DNA of 64,000 nt from Prochlorococcus sp. AG-355-J04. GTDB taxonomy: Bacteria > Cyanobacteriota > Cyanobacteriia > PCC-6307 > Cyanobiaceae. Shown here piece by piece: positions 62,169 through 64,000 of this stretch (the stretch's first letter is position 1; the number at the start of each line of letters is the position of its first letter). Under the pieces are notes generated by a model. The model searched no databases. It was not told the DNA's origin and saw only the letters and a list, made by a program, of their open reading frames with translations. A program made the translations under genes and the position numbers. The stretch is from the NCBI GenBank assembly GCA_003280885.1, contig QCDN01000002.1:9810-73809 (forward strand), written 5' to 3'.

Positions 62169-63824
62169 CTAAACTGTTGAAATAATATTTTGTACTGCAC
62201 TTTTTGCAATATTTAGAGGGCTAAAAGTATCTCTAATTAAAGCTAAGAGTTTTTTTACATCAGTAAATTCTAATTTTTCATCTTTTATAAGACTTAAAAG
62301 AAGATTCTTCCTAACTTCGGATCCTTTTTTACTGACAAATAATTTCAATCCAGCGTTTGCTACTGGTATGAGATCTGAATTAATATTCTCTGAATCTCTA
62401 AATAAAATGTTTAGTAAACTTTCAACTTTTTCTATTTGGATTTGACCTTTTTTATCAAAAACGACTTCTAAAAGTATGTCTAAAATCTCTTCAGAATTAT
62501 CGGTTAGTAGTTTTTTTGCAATATATGGATAAGCTATTTTTAGAATCTTAAATTCAGGATCTAACCTTAGTGCTAAACCCTCTTGACTAACAACGGCTCT
62601 TATTATTAAGGCAAACCTACTGGGGACTCTGAAAGGATAGGAATACATTAGTTTTGAGAATTTATCAGTTACATTTTTAAGATTAAAATTACCAACCTCA
62701 GCACCAAAAGATCCTCCTAGAACTTCTTTTAATGGTTCAACAAGTTTTTGAAGATCTTGTTCTTTGGTTAAAAAACCTAATTTCTGGAAATCTTCTGCGA
62801 GAAGATAATATTCTTCGTTTATTATGTGAACAATTGCCTTGATAAGAGTAAGTCTATCTGAATTTGTAATAGTATCCATCATTCCAAAATCAACATAAGC
62901 TAAATTCCCACAATCTGCATTTCCTCCTTTGAGAGCAAACATATTTCCTGGATGTGGGTCTGCATGAAAATATCCAAATTCAAATAATTGCTGAAGTCCA
63001 CTGATGACACATGTTTTTATAAACGAAGCAGGTATTAAGTTATTTTCCTCGAGTAAAAATCGATCTCTTAACTTAACTCCATCAATCCAAGAAGTTGTGA
63101 TTACCCTTTTAGATGAAAACTGTTTTTCTAATTTAGGAATAAAAATATTTGGATTTTCTTTGAATAAATTTGCAAACTTCAAAGCATTTCCGGCCTCTTT
63201 TTGATAGTCAATTTCATCAAAAAGTGCCTTACCGAATTCATCTATTATCTCTCCAATTCCAACACCTATATTTAATGGTAAGAGTGGGGATAAAAAAGTT
63301 CCTAAAAACCTTAAAATTACAACATCCCTTCTTATAAGGAAGTATAAATTTGGCCTCTGTACTTTCACAGCTAGATAAGAATTATTTAATTTTGCTTTAT
63401 AAACTTGTCCTAAGCTTGCTGAAGCAATAGGACTATCGGGAAACTCTTCAAATAATTCATTAGCAGGGGAACCAAGTTCCTCTTCAATGATTTTTAAAGC
63501 AATTTTGTGATCAAATGCTGGGAGATTATCTTGTAAGTTTGTAAGTTCAGTAAGCCAATCTTGTCTAACAAGATCTGGTCTAGTTGAGAGTGCTTGGCCT
63601 AATTTGATAAAACAAGGCCCTAAATCCGTTATTACATCAAAAAGATATTTCGAGAGATTTTTTTGTACATTTTTGTTTTTACTGTTACCTTGAAAAAGTA
63701 TTCTTAAAAAAAGAAAAATAAAAGTTAAAAGGATATATAAAACTCTTGGGATAAAAATCCATGGTCTCAAAATCAACCAAAGAAAGTCTTCTTTTGCTGA
63801 ATATTCCGAATAAGATCTTTTCAT
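62169..63824 (-). CDS. ABC1/UbiB atypical protein kinase
   Basis: FIKLGQ, SASLGQVY, AVKVQRP, HADPHPGN and DFGMM motifs. Confidence 0.95.
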   Translation of the reverse strand: MKRSYSEYSAKEDFLWLILRPWIFIPRVLYILLTFIFLFLRILFQGNSKNKNVQKNLSKYLFDVITDLGPCFIKLGQALSTRPDLVRQDWLTELTNLQDNLPAFDHKIALKIIEEELGSPANELFEEFPDSPIASASLGQVYKAKLNNSYLAVKVQRPNLYFLIRRDVVILRFLGTFLSPLLPLNIGVGIGEIIDEFGKALFDEIDYQKEAGNALKFANLFKENPNIFIPKLEKQFSSKRVITTSWIDGVKLRDRFLLEENNLIPASFIKTCVISGLQQLFEFGYFHADPHPGNMFALKGGNADCGNLAYVDFGMMDTITNSDRLTLIKAIVHIINEEYYLLAEDFQKLGFLTKEQDLQKLVEPLKEVLGGSFGAEVGNFNLKNVTDKFSKLMYSYPFRVPSRFALIIRAVVSQEGLALRLDPEFKILKIAYPYIAKKLLTDNSEEILDILLEVVFDKKGQIQIEKVESLLNILFRDSENINSDLIPVANAGLKLFVSKKGSEVRKNLLLSLIKDEKLEFTDVKKLLALIRDTFSPLNIAKSAVQNIISTV

Positions 63825-63888
63825 TAAAGTTAAAAAATATCAAAAAAGATTACCATGTTGTCCATTCTATATATGTCAATAATACTTT

Positions 63889-64000
63889 ATGAGCATTTCA
63901 TCTTTTCTAACTAAAAAGTTTTTAAAGTCTTTATTCTTTCCCGCTCATAACAGAGGGGCAGCTTTACCAAAGAAATTAGTGAAGTTGTTAAAAAATCCAC
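63889..64000 (+). CDS. 5' fragment of an Orn/Lys/Arg decarboxylase-family PLP enzyme, truncated by the window end
   Basis: Read by hand: MSISSFLTKKFLKSLFFPAHNRG..., resembling the F.xP(G/A)H..G N-terminal motif. Confidence 0.6.
   Translation, partial: MSISSFLTKKFLKSLFFPAHNRGAALPKKLVKLLKNP

Overview
AT-rich cyanobacterial DNA whose gene content and order (petG, cytM, chlI, petH without a CpcD domain, zwf-opcA, sasA, Yfr sRNAs) identify it as Prochlorococcus marinus, most likely a high-light clade (inference). Bases ~1-23,000 are a variable, island-like stretch. It holds many tiny membrane or secreted ORFs, a tandem Yfr10-like/Yfr2-family sRNA pair, a zinc module (znuB, zur, znuC, an unusually long znuA, a COG0523/CobW GTPase, a WD40 protein and small Cys-rich ORFs), and a circularly permuted ATP-grasp / alpha-E / transglutaminase operon preceded by an NtcA-type box. 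Bases ~23,000-64,000 are core genome (dppAB, hom, sufE, ruvC, chlI, hisH, trxA, Yfr1, guaB, gyrA, crtL, leuA, folD, crtE, cobB, opcA, zwf, petH, tRNA-Glu, sasA, prs, malQ). The most striking unexplained signal is a ~105-aa module (FEWxG...DPxM...FTxH..xEF) that appears to be inserted in both the periplasmic ZnuA and the adjacent cytoplasmic COG0523 chaperone. No CRISPR array, integrase or transposase was seen. All family assignments come from reading motifs by eye, with no database search.
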